64,000 nucleotides of DNA, from positions 1,088,001-1,152,000 of the forward strand of contig OZ001293.3 of assembly GCA_963921275.4 (NCBI GenBank), written 5' to 3'. Made by a program: the position numbers and the translations under genes. Source of the DNA: an uncultured Hormoscilla sp. (GTDB taxonomy: Bacteria > Cyanobacteriota > Cyanobacteriia > Cyanobacteriales > Desertifilaceae). The notes under the pieces are model-generated. The model did no database searches, was not told the DNA's origin, and saw only the letters and a program-made list of their open reading frames with translations. Below, one piece after another: positions 22,396 through 36,514 of this stretch; position 1 is the stretch's first letter, and the number at the start of each line of letters is the position of its first letter.

Positions 22396-24965
22396 CCCCT
22401 ATTATGCACTACAATTTGTAACATTTAAGTAATATGTAATGGTACGGCAAGATTGCAATTATCGTACATTTTGTAACATGCAATATATCTGGTGATTTGG
22501 CCAACTAAACGTATAATTTTTTATACGGATAAGAGTTTTTCGGTTCCCTTTCATCACCAAGCGCTTGTAATCATTGTGATTGAACTAAGCCAGGGAGTCA
22601 TCCCCCCGACTCGTCTTCAAAACCGGACGATCTGCTTTTCACCTCATCCGGCTCCTCAGTAATGCCACCCTTGTCATGGGTACGGCTACTACCATCACTG
22701 GCAGTTTTTTTATGTCGTGGCAGTGTTTGTGCAACAGTTGTAGGTTATCCCACCGGTCCTTACCACCTAATGAAAGCGGCTTAATGTGGTCTACTTCCCA
22801 ACTATCGCTATCCTTAAACGTTAATCCGCAATGTTGGCATTTCCCTTTTTGCATCCTGAGCAGCTTTGCTACTCTATTGCTCAATTCTGGGTTTCTGCCT
22901 AGTCTCGTGCTCCAATATGTGAGGTTCTCATCGTATGGGCTGGCTGTTCCTTTGACCTTTATATGTCTTACTATTTCTACACTTGCGTGTCGATATAGTT
23001 CCACATCCCCTTCTCGAAATCGCCATTGTCCATTTTGGCCTATTGACCAATAATTTCTGGCTATCCAACCTTTTGATTTATTAGGGTGCCTTCTTTTTGC
23101 CCATTTCCACAGGATTTCCCATAGGTAACTGTCCATATCCGAGTAAGTTTCTTTGCTTACTCCTGTCCTCAAGTAGTTGGCCCATCCTCGTATTATCGGA
23201 TTCAGTTTGCTTATCAGGGCAGCTTGTGGAGCTGCTTTATGTTTGTTTACTACTTCTGCCAGTCTTTCCTTGAGCTTACCTATGGATTTATTACTGGGTT
23301 TGATGAGGGTTTTGTAGCCTAGGGGTTTTCCATTTATACTCTTGCCGCTTCTGTACTTACTTACCTCATATTGCCTTATGTTGAATCCTAGGAAATCAAA
23401 TCCTGGTTCTTCTCCTTTTAGCATATGAGATATCTTTGTCTTTTCAGGCTTTAGTTCTAGTCCTATCCCTTTTAGCCACTCTGCTACGACCTTTTGCGCT
23501 TCTTCTATCTTTTCTTTGTCGTCGTGCATTACCACAAAGTCATCTGCATATCTAACTACTGTCAGTTTATGTTTTTCATTTTGTGTTTTTGCGAGTTCCA
23601 TTACAGCTTCTTCTAACCCGTGTAGGGCTATATTGGCTAGTAACGGTGATATGACTCCTCCCGTACCCTCTTTAGTTTCATACCATTCTTTCTTGTCTAT
23701 CACCCCGGCTTTTAACCATGCTCGTATCTGTTTACGAATTGGTGAAGTCGTATTTAGTTTTTCCATCAGCGCTTTATGGTCAATTTTATCGAAGCATTTG
23801 GCTATATCAGCATCTAAAACCCATTTGGATTTCTGTTTGATGCTATTAAATATTGCTCCGATTGCATCATGGCACCCTCTTCCCGGTCTGAATCCGTAGG
23901 AGTTACCTTCCATATACGCTTCCCATTCAGGATAACTGCGCAATTTTAAGTAACCCCTGTGTCGCACGGTCGTACATTGTCGGTATTCCTAATGGACGTT
24001 TTTCGTCCCTCTCTGGCTTTGGTATCCAGACCCGCCTTGCAGGTTTGGCCTTGTTTGAGATTTCTATTTGTCCTACCAGTTCCAGTCGTTGCTTTGGGGT
24101 CAGTGATTTTACACCATCCACACCTGCTGTCTTCTTTCCCTGGTTATCTTGTGTTACCTGTCGTACCGCTAGACTTTTGGCCGCCCGGGATTTTACCAGT
24201 AACCTCCTCTGCCTGCGAACTGTCCGCTTATCTCCACGTTGTGCCGCTCTGTAAATTCGCTTTTGCAACTTGAAGACTACCCTCTCTAGCTTCCGCCAGG
24301 GGGTATCCTTCCATTCATTCATCAATATATTTACCGTGCTCATGACATATACATTGCTACTTGCAACTCTACTTTTGACATTACCGTGAGGGCGTCAGCG
24401 TATCCTATCCATTACGGACAGGCGTTTGCTTCTCCACAGTATGACCTGCCTGATGGAAGCAGATGTTACGCCTTTGGTGGCTACTCTATCTATCGACCGG
24501 TGATAGAGAGTGCATACCTGGTTTACTTCGTTCCTATAGATGATTGTTCGTAGTTTTAGATGGATTCCCTACGCCGGGTTTGTTGTCAGTGCTTGCTGGT
24601 CGAATATTAAACCGCCAGCGACCTTTATCCTTTCCCTTTTGGGCCAGTGTGTCAGCCTTATTTCACTGGTTTTAAGTTACGACGCTGTAAATCTTCGCTT
24701 ACGCTCATCATGACTACTTGCTCGACGATAACCGGTGTGGGCTACCAGTTAGGGCGCCTTTTAACCCCGCTTTACGGATTGATGCCATCGCTACCGTAGG
24801 GGTTATGCTTTCAGTCCTGCACCTGGACGGGTGGGCTTTCACCACCATCATCTATAAGTTGTCTAGACTAATGAAATCTAGCTAGTGGTCCCCCAACTTG
24901 ACTTGTGTCAAGCATGTTTACACTAAACGAGTCGCACTAATACGTCTTGTAATGCAAAATGTAGG
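22396..24965. mobile_element. ~210-bp MITE, copy 2, interrupted by intron A
   Basis: 6-bp duplication TTATGG at 22390-22395 and 24966-24971; internal homology to the other two copies. Confidence 0.8.
22579..24937 (-). mobile_element. Group II intron A (IIB/chloroplast-like type) with a frameshifted RT-maturase-HNH ORF (~22585-24343)
   Basis: 5' GTGCGACTCGTTTAG; DV GAGCCGGATGAGGTGAAA; 3' GCTTAGTTCAAT; YADD. Frameshifts near 23935 and 22710, and PQ is missing from GTPQGG. Confidence 0.92.
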
Positions 24966-25111
24966 TTATGGAGAAGGCGGTTAGTCCACAAAGCGTGGAC
25001 TTGAGCTTTGACGCGAGGGTTTTAACCGGAGGCGGGTTATTGCGACAGGTGCATTCCGGTGAGTTAAAACCGACTAATACCATTACCGACAATTAACAAC
25101 TGACAAGGATC

Positions 25112-25648
25112 TTAGGGTCGGTGACTGCGACGAATTTCCGTGATTTGGTCGGCCACATCTAAAAGCACTGGGGGCATTTCTGGTCCAGTCAAGATGATAT
25201 CGATATGAGGTGGACGCTTTTCTAGCAAGGCTAACACCTCTTCTTTTGGGATCAGACCCAATTTAATTGCCAAGCTTAATTCATCCAGAACTACCAGAGA
25301 ATATTTACCGGTGAAGACTATTTCTTGAGTCCAGTCCCATAGCTGCTGTAAGCAGGAAGTTTCCACTTCATCTATCTGCGGGGTGTCAATGCAGCGAGGT
25401 AAGTCGCAGCGCACCCAGTCTAAGTTTTGCCCTAACTGAACCGGGCGATCGGGACCTTGACCGATACCGCCTTTGAGAAACTGCACCACCAGTACTGGCA
25501 TGCCCTGACCGGCAATTCTCAGGGCTTCTGCCATGACGCCGGTAAAAAAGTAGCGCTGTCCGCCTGTGAAAATTTGCACCAGTCCTTCAACTTTCGGGAT
25601 TATTGGTCGTTCCAGGTTGAGGGCTGGGGTTTCTAGCTGTGAGACCAT
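25112..25648 (-). CDS. CobO/BtuR-like P-loop (corrinoid adenosyltransferase-like) protein
   Basis: GLVQIFT, VVQFLKGG, LVVLDEL, IILTG, and ADQITE motifs. Confidence 0.8.
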   Translation of the reverse strand: MVSQLETPALNLERPIIPKVEGLVQIFTGGQRYFFTGVMAEALRIAGQGMPVLVVQFLKGGIGQGPDRPVQLGQNLDWVRCDLPRCIDTPQIDEVETSCLQQLWDWTQEIVFTGKYSLVVLDELSLAIKLGLIPKEEVLALLEKRPPHIDIILTGPEMPPVLLDVADQITEIRRSHRP

Positions 25649-25964
25649 GTAACAACATCCAATCAATAACAGGACCGATGGCAGCAGTCTGCTGCCATCG
25701 GTTGCTTAGATAACTAATATATCAATATATAGTGTGTTTGGGTGGTTTTTATCATCATTAAACACTATATGTGGGTATAGGTCAAGATCTGCTACGCTAT
25801 AGCGCAGGCCCTAGATCGGGAGTCGGCCAATGGCAGAAAATCTAATTTTGATGGGACAATAGCTTTGTAGGGTGGGCACCGCCTAGGCTGTTCACTTTGG
25901 GGGGATAAGCCTCAGAAAAGTTCAGGAGTAAGTTCGGCGAAATCTGTCTGGAGGAGAACGGCGC

Positions 25965-26473
25965 GTGAGATTGGTCATACTGGGAAGGCCTGGGGCGGGC
26001 AAGGGAAATCAAGCAAGGCGGTTATTCTACGGGAGGCGATCGCCGCTCAAACGGAGTTGGGACGCCAAGCACAACCCTATGTGGAAAAAGGGGAGTTAGT
26101 ACCTGATCGCACGATGATCAAGTTTATTAGCAACCGGCTACAGATGGCTGATACAACTTCCGGTTGGCTGTTGGAGGGCTATCCCCGCACGGCTTTTCAA
26201 GCGGAGGAGTTAGATTTCTGGTTGGAGGAGTTGCAGCAACAGTTTAATTGGGCCATTTGGCTAGATGTGCCCGAAGCGGTGACGATCACCCGCTGCTTGG
26301 GCCGGGCACGCACAGACGATCGCTCAGAGGTGATACAGCGTCGCATCGAATTATTCTACGATCGCACGATTCCGATGATGGAGTATTATGACTGGCGTCA
26401 GCGGCTGTTGAAAATTAACGGTGACCAGCCGCCGGACCAGGTACAGCAAGAGATTTTAGCTAAACTGTCTTAA
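25965..26473 (+). pseudogene. Adenylate kinase family protein with an N-terminal deletion/frameshift
   Basis: VRLVILGRPGAGKG at 25965 is out of frame with GELVPD...GWLLEGYPRT...RTDD. Confidence 0.75.
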
Positions 26474-26492
26474 TAATTTTGAGGTTCAATCT

Positions 26493-27227
26493 GTGATGTC
26501 TTGGCAGCGTCCCGATAGTCGTCAATTAAACCAATTGCGTCCGATTCATTTTCAGCGAGAGTTCACCCGATTTGCTGCGGGTTCGGTGTTAGCTAGCTGT
26601 GGCGATACTAAAGTTCTCTGTACGGTAACGGTTGAAGAGAAGGTGCCTAAGTTTCTGGAAGGCACTGGTAAGGGGTGGCTGACGGCTGAGTACCGCATGC
26701 TTCCCAGTGCCACACTCCAGCGACAAGGTAGAGAATTTCTCAAACTTTCGGGACGTACTCAGGAGATTCAGCGACTGATTGGACGCAGTTTGAGAGCTGC
26801 TCTAGATTTAACAGCCTTGGACTCATTTACTTTTACGGTAGATGCGGATGTCTTGCAGGCGGATGCGGGGACGCGCACTACCTCGATTACGGGTGGATTT
26901 GTGGCCTTGACCGATGCTGTGGAAAAATTGGTACAGCAGGGAGTTTTGGCGCGATCGCCCATCTGCCACCAAATCGCCGCTATCTCGGTAGGACTGTTGG
27001 GGGGCGAGCCAGTTTTGGACTTAAACTATGCAGAAGATGTGGATGCTGAGGTGGATTTAAATGTAGTGATGAACGAACAGTTGGAGATGATTGAAATCCA
27101 GGGAACTGGTGAATCAGGCAGTTTTAGCCGTAAGCAGTTAAATGGGATGCTGGATGTGGCAGAAATCGGCATTCGTGAATTGTTAGCAGCTCAACGGCAG
27201 GCTTTAGATATTCAGCCTGCTAGCTAA
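26493..27227 (+). CDS. rph: Ribonuclease PH
   Basis: [37 protein letters not shown], and IEIQGTGE motifs. Confidence 0.95.
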   Translation: MMSWQRPDSRQLNQLRPIHFQREFTRFAAGSVLASCGDTKVLCTVTVEEKVPKFLEGTGKGWLTAEYRMLPSATLQRQGREFLKLSGRTQEIQRLIGRSLRAALDLTALDSFTFTVDADVLQADAGTRTTSITGGFVALTDAVEKLVQQGVLARSPICHQIAAISVGLLGGEPVLDLNYAEDVDAEVDLNVVMNEQLEMIEIQGTGESGSFSRKQLNGMLDVAEIGIRELLAAQRQALDIQPAS

Positions 27228-27299
27228 AACCACGGAGCATCGCCGCTGGGTGCATCTCAATTTTGTATTAAGAAACCAGGTTTTTTGGACAAAATTAGC

Positions 27300-27795
27300 G
27301 CGATCGTCCCCACAATGGACACCCACAGGACGATGCAGATTTTCCATCCCATCTTTTGGATTAACGACAGGGGAGAACACCCGACTCCTTCTGCTACTAA
27401 TATCACTCCCGCAGACCTTAAGCAAGGAAGAAAATCCTTTCACTGAAAACTATTCTATCCTGAGTCCGGAAGTATTAGAAGACGAAAAGGGTAACCCCAT
27501 CGCCCAGAAGAATACAGGTTTGATTAAATATCTGTTAGAGTTTGATGCTGTGTTCGTTGCAGAACAAGCTAAAAGTCACTGCGTTGCCTGGACGATCGCC
27601 GACTTGCTGAGTGAAATTCAAAACATAGATTCGCAGTTGGCCCAGAAAGTCTATCTGCTAGAAGATTGCACTTCCCCCGTAGTGGTGCCAGGGGTGGCGG
27701 ACTATAGCAAACAGGCAGATGCAGCATTTCAGGGATTTGCTGCCGCCGGGATGCATTTGGTTAAGTCAACTGATGCCATTGATAGTTGCTTTTAA
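27300..27795 (+). pseudogene. Isochorismatase/nicotinamidase-like protein remnant
   Basis: TMDTH...QIFHPIFW in one frame; NPFTENYSIL, QAKSHCVAWT, and LLEDCTSPV in another. Confidence 0.7.
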
Positions 27796-27839
27796 CTAAA
27801 GCACTTTGGCGGTGCTTTAGTCAATTATAACTACAAGGT

Positions 27840-28886
27840 TCAGAATGGCTGCGGGCTAGGTTTAGCTGTTGACGTAATTGTCCCCAACCACCACAAGCAA
27901 AAGGCAGTTAATCCACACAAAACGGCACCGATAGCAAAACAAGTGCTATATCCGAAACTTGCAGCGATATAGCCACTGGCTAAAGCGCCCAAAATTGTGG
28001 CAACACCGATGACAGAGTTATACATACCCAGCGCCATCCCCTCTTGACCTTTAGTAGCCAGCTGCGCCACACACATAGCACTGGATACGTTAATCACAGC
28101 CCAAGTTACACCCGTCAATAGATGGGTCAGTTCTGGGAGGACTAAAGTTACTGGTGTGGGTTTTGCGAGTGCCAGTAGAGTGAAACAGATCAAACTTCCC
28201 ATGGGCACTGCTGCCGACACCGCTTGAAGCTTAATGCTGTTCGGTTCTTGCAGGAACCGACCCATCGGTTTATAGAACAATGCCTCAATCACAGACTTGC
28301 TCAGACCGCTCGATAAAACCTGGATATTTGTCGCCCCCAAACCCTCCGTGAGAAAAATCGGAGGCGTTGTACATTTTGGGGATGATGCCCTTTTTTGCAC
28401 ATAACAGAAAATAGCTTGTACTATAAGTTTAAAAGTGCTGCAACTATGCCCATCATCCCGTGATTGTGCAACGCCAAATCGGAAAGGGAGTGAAGAAGAT
28501 ATGAATACCAATGAAAAATATAGCGGAACACAAGTAGTACAGAATCAGGGGGCTTTTTAGCTGCTTCCCCAACCACTGCGAGGTATCTCCCGGGTAGTGC
28601 AAGTAGCGCGAGGTGTCTCTTGGGTAGTGCGAGTAGCGCTCCCAAGAGACACCTCACCGGGAGATACCTCGGGCGCAGGATAAAGTAAATGGTGCGGGTG
28701 GGACTCAACATCAGCCGCCGTTCGATCACCGCGATCGAGAGGCGTCCCAGCAACTTGGGATTAAATGGGCGACGCGGTCTTACTTGCCGTGGTTCTCGCA
28801 CCCAGAGCAGACAAAGAATCAAACTGATGAAAGCAAGTAGCGCCGTGAACAAAAATAGGCTGCGCATTGCCCGGACTGTACCCCAG
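27840..28886 (-). pseudogene. MFS transporter, 5'-truncated by ISL3 and frameshifted
   Basis: Hydrophobic segments, QEGMALGMYNS...GALASGYIA; split across ORFs; contains nested palindromic repeats. Confidence 0.7.
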
Positions 28887-29950
28887 GGCTCCTTTAGACG
28901 GTGCATTTTTCCCGGATTTTTTTCTGGGATTTCTTTCAGCTTAATTTCTTGTTCTTCTTTAAGGTTTTCTTCATTTTTTAGCAGCTTTACTTTTATTTAA
29001 TCCCGATAATAGTTCTTCTTTTTCTGACTTTTTCTTGATTTTTTGGGCTTCATATTTGTTTTCGACAATTATCTAATTCCTCATTTACTTGCTTAGTCAC
29101 ACGGTCAGCTATAACTTCAGCATTAGGCATCAATTCTTCCACTAGACTTTGATAGTTTCCACATATCTATACTCACTTCTTCAATAGCATTCAACATCCC
29201 ATGATAGCAAGACTTATCGCAGATATTATTGTCGCCGAGACTTAACTATTTCCAGAAGTTTGCTATTCTCAATGTCCACGCCGTGTCTCCTGGGTAGTGC
29301 GAATAGCGCTCCCAGGAGACACGGCTAAAACAGCTAAATAATTACCTTGCCCTTTTACCAACGCAATTTCATCGATACCTAGCTTTTTTAGTTCGGTTCA
29401 ATTTTCACCTGTCCCGATAGCATTTGTTGAACCTCAGATTCTTTTAATTCATACCGAACCGCTACATTAATAATATCCCCATTTAATACTTCTCGAACCA
29501 CTTGTTATCCCAGTCTCTTCGTATATTTACGCCGACCTTCTACATATGACAATTTCTCACGGTTTCAAACAGCGCTCGCACTTGTCGGCGATTGATTTTG
29601 AGAAAAACTTTTTTTTCTACCCAGGGTAAATCCTTAATTAAATAATGATGCTTCTGATGCAATCGCTGACTTTTCTGATGACATCTAGGGCAAATTGCTT
29701 CTTTTTTTCTGCCTCAATTGTCATCATCACTTCTGTTAAATGAGTCTCGGTATACCCGACAACTTTCACCTCTGGAATGTTTAACAATGTTGTTAGTATT
29801 TTTAGATTCGAGCGTGGCATCTTATAAATTCTCCCTGTTTTTTCTAGAGAGCAGATTGTACCACAACTAGAAGCTGAATGTCAAGGTGGGAAGGTTTTCT
29901 GGCTTTCAGGATCTCCCGTTGAGCGGGCGCATCAACGCCCATTCAAGACC
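28887..29950 (-). mobile_element. ISL3-family transposase remnant
   Basis: LTTLLNIPEVKV, LGIDEIALVKGQGNYLAVL, and EEVS fragments; GGCTC / GGTCTT-type ends. Confidence 0.7.
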
Positions 29951-29954
29951 TATT

Positions 29955-30625
29955 TTAGCATACTAGATTGAGAAGAACCGTAATTCTAGCTGTCGGGATA
30001 ACTACTGCCAATGAAGCAGAAGCGATAGTAGTGGAGTCGCTCGATAGTGACTTAAAATCGCAAAACCAAGAGATGGTAGAGTTACATATCGATGGCGCTT
30101 ATTTGAGTAGTAGATGGGTTAATGAAGGAAAATTGACAAATATTTTGCCAAGCTTGGCCTGTAAGAAATGTCAAGGATTTTGACAAAACGGCTTTGGTAC
30201 TTGACGGGAATAATTTTTCTATCTTATGTCCTAATCAAATAACTCTTCCATTTTCTCCAGGTAAAGTTGTGAAGTTTCCCTTGTGCTGTCTGCCCCTTAC
30301 AGGCTCCCTGCACGACTAGCAAAAACCGTCCCAGTGCTTCTATCCATCCGGATGAGGCAATATTGCCAGGAATTGCGAGAGCTATGGCTGCGCCCCCCGG
30401 AGCGTAGCGTGGCCTAGCCATGGGCAGCGCGATCAGATGACATCATCTGGACGAGCCAAACTACGCTCGTCGAACCGCTGTCGAACATTCTCTTGCTCAT
30501 GTAGGATAAAGGCAGTTAAAATCAAGCCCGCTATATTGTCAGGCGAAAAAATTTGTTTGACCTTCGTCCGGTAGCGGTTGTTCATAATCTTCATGTCATT
30601 GCCAGAATACCTGAATTGAGCGAAA
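29955..30625 (+). pseudogene. DDE transposase remnant with small-repeat insertions
   Basis: ELHIDGAYLSS, C..CPLQAPCTTS, IHPDEA, and AVEHSLAH fragments. Confidence 0.6.
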
Positions 30626-31388
30626 ACCAGCAGCTCCCATCCCCCAGCGTAGCGTGCAGCCATGCCCTGACGCGATCTAATATCCCCTAACGCCAACTTG
30701 CGTGATACTTGTTGATTCATAAACATGAGCACAACACTAGCCCTTGCTCTTATTCTTACCCTACTATTTTCCGATCGCGCTGCGCTGGGGGCGCAGCCAT
30801 GCATATCGTCTCCTAGCTATGGTGGCGCCACCTGCCAACTCCGCGCGGAATACTCCCATAGCTAGATAGATGAAATTTATCTAATCCTTACGTGAGTCGA
30901 GCGCCGGGAAGTTGAGTCAACTTCCCGAGGCCTTGTGGTGGCTTTTTTTTATTTCTTTAGAGAAGACCGAAAAACACCGAAAAACAACCAATCCCTATTG
31001 AACTGAGCAGCTCACTTTGTAAATGTTGTACCAACGGGGTATAAATCATTTGTGATAATTCCATCCTGTTGGCTTCGGTAAAAAACTATACAGGGTAATA
31101 ATTTCAGTTGTTATAAAAATTCCCGTGCTAGTTGCTATATACATAAAAAGCTCCGGGCGTTGCACTTCGGACGGGATGATGGAGATAGTTGCAGAACTCT
31201 CAAACTTAGACTACAAGCCATTTTCAGTAGCGTTTTGCTGGTGCAAAAAAGGGCATCATCCCCAAAATGTGCAACGCCAAGCACCGTTTCTGGACAGTGC
31301 GAAGTTCTTTGGGGAACTGCTTGAAAGGAAGCGGGTTTGGGCCCGATCGACCGACCATGAGCAATGAGCGGGCTCCTAAAGGCTTACA

Positions 31389-31600
31389 CCCACTTTCCGC
31401 ACGACAAGTTGTAACATATCTTGTAATAAGTAATTTATCGGTCAGATTACAATTGCACGACTTTTTGTAATACGTACTATATCTGACAATTTAGCAAACA
31501 TGACGTATATTTATTTATACGGATATGAGCTTTTATGTTCGCAAAATCACAACATATCTGTAATCATTACGTACCTACATTTTGTCGTGCGGAATGTAGG
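31389..31600. mobile_element. ~210-bp MITE, copy 3
   Basis: Ends CCCACTTTCCGCACGACAA / TTGTCGTGCGGAATGTAGG; 6-bp duplication CTTACA. Confidence 0.85.
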
Positions 31601-32000
31601 CTTACAGCCTTTAGGAGCAAGGGGTTCAGCTTTTAGGATAGGTCCTATTTTCAGAGAACTTCGCACTCTCCAGGACCCTGCTTACTTTTGAATAAATTCA
31701 TTGCATGGCTGCGCCCCCAGCGCAGCGCTATCGGCGGCCACGACGGGGTGCAAAGCCTTTGACAGAGAGGATTATCTGTTGACTTGATCCAGCAGAATCT
31801 CAGCTATAACTTTTCACTGTCCAGTCCGTTTGTCAACTATTATTACTTGACCGACGCTCTAGGAGCACTACTCCGGAGACATCGTAGGAGCACTACCCCA
31901 CGCTGCGCGAAAAATCGCACATCGGTCGCCGATTTTTTCTTCTCGCTGAAGCTGATGGGAAAAAACTGCGATCGACAGTCCAGCGACGATGATTATTACT

Positions 32001-34420
32001 GTGCGATTCTTTTATGGTAAAATGACTTGACACGTGTCAAGAAAGGGGACCGCTAGCAGGGTTTCAATAGCCCTGACAACTTACAGATGATGGTGGTGAA
32101 AGCCCACCCCTCCAGGTGCTCTCGTGACAGCACCCTCCCGACGGTAGCGATGGCATCAATCCGTAAAGCGGGAAGGAAAGGCGCTCTAACTGGTAGCCTA
32201 AACCGGTCATCGTCGAGCAAGTAGTCATGATGAGCGCAAGCAAAGGTTCATAAGTGTCGTCAACATCAACCAGTGTAATAAGGCTGAGACACTGGCCCAA
32301 AAGGGAAAGGATAATGGTCATTAGCGGTTGTAATCCGACTAATAAGCACTGACAACAAACCCGGCATATAGAATCCATCTAAAACTACGATTAATCATCT
32401 GTAGGAACGAAGTAACCCAGCTAGGCACTCTCCATCACCGGTCGATAGATGGAGTAGTCACCAAAGACGCAACATCTGCTCTCATTTGGCAGGTCATAGC
32501 TGGGAAAGATTGAGTGGAGAAGCAAACGCCTATCTGTAATGGATGGGATAAGCTGACGCCCTCACGGTTTTGTCAATTGTGAAGTTGTGAGTAGTAGTTA
32601 ATATGTCACGGAACTTAGCCGAAAAGCAAGAGTATGAATGGAAGGAGGTGCCCTGGCAGGAGCTGGAGCGCCGATCGCGCTAGCGTGGCGCCAGCCATGT
32701 CTTCAAGCTACAAAAGCGAATTTACAGAGCGGCACAGGAAGGCAACAAGCGGAAAGTTCGCAAGCTCCAAGGGTTACTAAATAGGTCATGGTCCACGAAG
32801 ATGATAGCGGTGAGACAGGTAACACAACAAAACCAAGGAAAGAATGCGGCTGGTGTGGATGGTGTGAAAGCACTGACTATGGAGCAGCGACTGGAACTGG
32901 TAAGTCAGCTCAGAGTATCCAGGAAGGCAAAGGCGAAACCTACACTGCGTGTATGGATACCTAAGCCAGGAAGGGACGAAAAGCGGCCACTAGGAAGACC
33001 GACGATGCACGACCGCGCACTTCAGGGATTGGTCAAACAGTCGCTTGAGCCCGAATGGGAAGCGTACATGGAAGCCAATTCCTACGGATTCAGACCAGGA
33101 AGGGGATGCCACGATGCGATCGAAACGATATTCACCAGCACCAACAAGAAACCAAAATGGGTGTTAGATGCGGATATTGCGAAATGTTTCGACAAAATTG
33201 ACCACTCAGCGCTCCTAGAGAAATTGAATACAACATCACCAATCCGTAGACAGATACGGGCATGGCTAAAAGCCGGGGTGATGGACCAGGGAATATGGCA
33301 GGACACAGAAGCCGGAACTCCTCAAGGCGGAGTAATATCACCATTGCTAGCCAATATAGCCCTACATGGGTTGGAAAAGGTAGTGATGAGTCTTGCCCGC
33401 ACAAAGAGAGAGGAAAAGAAACTAACGATAGTCAGGTACGCCGATGATTTTGTGGTAATGCACGATGACCGGTCAATGATTGAGCGAGCACAAGGAGTGA
33501 TTGAGGAGTGGTTGAAGGGAATAGGACTAGAGCTAAAAGCCGAGAAAACCAGGATATCCCACACACTGGAAGGAGAAAACCCCGGATTTGACTTCCTAGG
33601 GTTCAATATCCGACAATACAAAGTAGGGAAACACAGAAGCGGCAAACTCAGCAACGGAACCCCCCTAGGATTCAAGACCCTAATCAAGCCTAGCGATAAA
33701 TCCATTAGGAATCATAAAGAGCAACTATCACAGATAGTTCGCCGCCATAAATCGGCACCACAGACAGCCTTGATAGTCAAACTAAACCCAATGATAAGGG
33801 GATGGAGCAACTACTTCAAGACGGTGGTAAGTAAGGAAACTTACAGCGACATGGATAGCTACCTATGGGAGCTGCTGTGGCAATGGGCAAAGAGAAGGCA
33901 TCCCAATAAATCGGGCGAATGGATTGCCAAAAATTATTGGGCCATGACCGGTAAGGACCGGTGGAGGTTCATCGGTAAATCCAAGAAAGGAGAAATAAAG
34001 CTAATCCGGCACTCTGAAACTGAAATAATCAGACACACAAAGGTAAAGGGGACAGCTAGCCCGCTTGACGGTAACCTAGTCTACTGGAGCCAGAGATTAC
34101 GAAAGAGCCCGGACGTAAGCATGAGAGTGATTAACCTGCTCAAGAGGCAGGATGGCAAGTGCCAGCATTGCGGACTAACGTTTAAGGACGGCGACAAATG
34201 GGAAGTGGACCACATCCTGCCAACCTCACTGGGAGGTAAGGACTGGTACTCCAACCTACAGTTGCTGCACGACTACTGCCATGATTATAAATCTGCCAGG
34301 GATGGCAGCAAAGGCCGTATCCATGACAAGGATGACGAAACTGAGGAGCCGGATGAGGTGAAAGTCTCACGTCCGGTTTTGAAGACGAGTCGGTACGGTG
34401 ACGTACTGGCTTAGTTTAAT
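32001..34420 (+). mobile_element. Group II intron B with an RT-maturase-HNH ORF (32602-34414) broken by a small repeat carrying TAG
   Basis: 5' GTGCGATTC; DV GAGCCGGATGAGGTGAAAGTCTCACGTCCGGTTT; 3' TTAGTTTAAT; YADD; CQHC...EVDH. Confidence 0.93.
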
Positions 34421-34629
34421 ACTCCTATAACCCAGCTCGTGATTCGGAAGTATGAAATATATCTTCATCAGCTTTGTCCTCTTGCCAGTTTACCTCAAAA
34501 GTTCCAGAACTGCCCTGGCGACTTAGCTTGCTATCTGCCGGTGCTAAGTTCATATTTCTTCACATTCAAGGTCCTCGCCAGGAAATCTGCTGTCCGCAAA
34601 CATCTCCCCACTGCGCCCCGCCGTGGCTG

Positions 34630-35620
<991 letters not shown>

Positions 35621-35760
35621 TTGCTGATTCACTCGGGTTGGGGCGAGAAACATCTTAACGATTCTTAATGTTAATCCTCATCAAATAGTTCTAAAGTATC
35701 TCAGGTAACAGTTTAGGCAGGCTGCCGGATAGTCAAATTTACACTCACAAACAGGAACAT

Positions 35761-36492
35761 ATGAGCAATAATCTAGCCACAAAATTGCGCGAAGGCACGA
35801 AAAAAGCCCACACGATGGCAGAAAACATGGGTTTTATCAAGTGCTTCTTAAAGGGCACGGTTGAGAAAAACTCTTACCGGAAGCTGGTAGGTAACCTCTA
35901 CTTCGTCTATTCAGCGATGGAAGAAGAGATGGAACGCCACCGCAACCACCCGATTATGGGTAAAATGTACTTTCCCGAGCTAAACCGCAAGCGCAGCTTG
36001 GAAAAGGATCTGACATACTACTATGGTGCCAACTGGCAGGAACAAGTGTTGAGCACGCCAGGGGGAGAAGCTTACGTGCAGCGGATCTGGGAAGTGTCTG
36101 CTACGGAACCAGAACTGCTGATCGCTCACCTTTATACCCGCTACATGGGCGACTTGTCTGGAGGACAAATTCTCAAGAAAATTGCCCAAACAGGAATGAA
36201 CTTGACAAATGGCCAAGGAACGGCTTTCTACGAGTTCGCAGAAATTTCCGATGAGAAGGCGTTTAAGGCTAACTATCGGCAAACCATGAATGATTTGCCG
36301 ATCGACGAGGCGACAGCAGATAAGATCGTGGATGAAGCTAATGACGCTTTTGGCATGAATATGAAAATGTTCCAAGAGTTAGAGGGTAGCTTGATCAAGG
36401 CGATCGGTCAGATGCTTTATAATTCTCTGACACTGCGTCGGACTCGCGGCAGTACGGAAACGGAAAAGGAACTGGCAACTGCTGAAAGTTAA
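35761..36492 (+). CDS. ho1: Heme oxygenase (biliverdin-producing)
   Basis: LREGTKKAHTMAEN, HLYTRYMGDLSGGQIL, and EANDAFGMN motifs. Confidence 0.93.
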   Translation: MSNNLATKLREGTKKAHTMAENMGFIKCFLKGTVEKNSYRKLVGNLYFVYSAMEEEMERHRNHPIMGKMYFPELNRKRSLEKDLTYYYGANWQEQVLSTPGGEAYVQRIWEVSATEPELLIAHLYTRYMGDLSGGQILKKIAQTGMNLTNGQGTAFYEFAEISDEKAFKANYRQTMNDLPIDEATADKIVDEANDAFGMNMKMFQELEGSLIKAIGQMLYNSLTLRRTRGSTETEKELATAES

Positions 36493-36514
36493 AAATTACT
36501 CAGGACCATGATGG

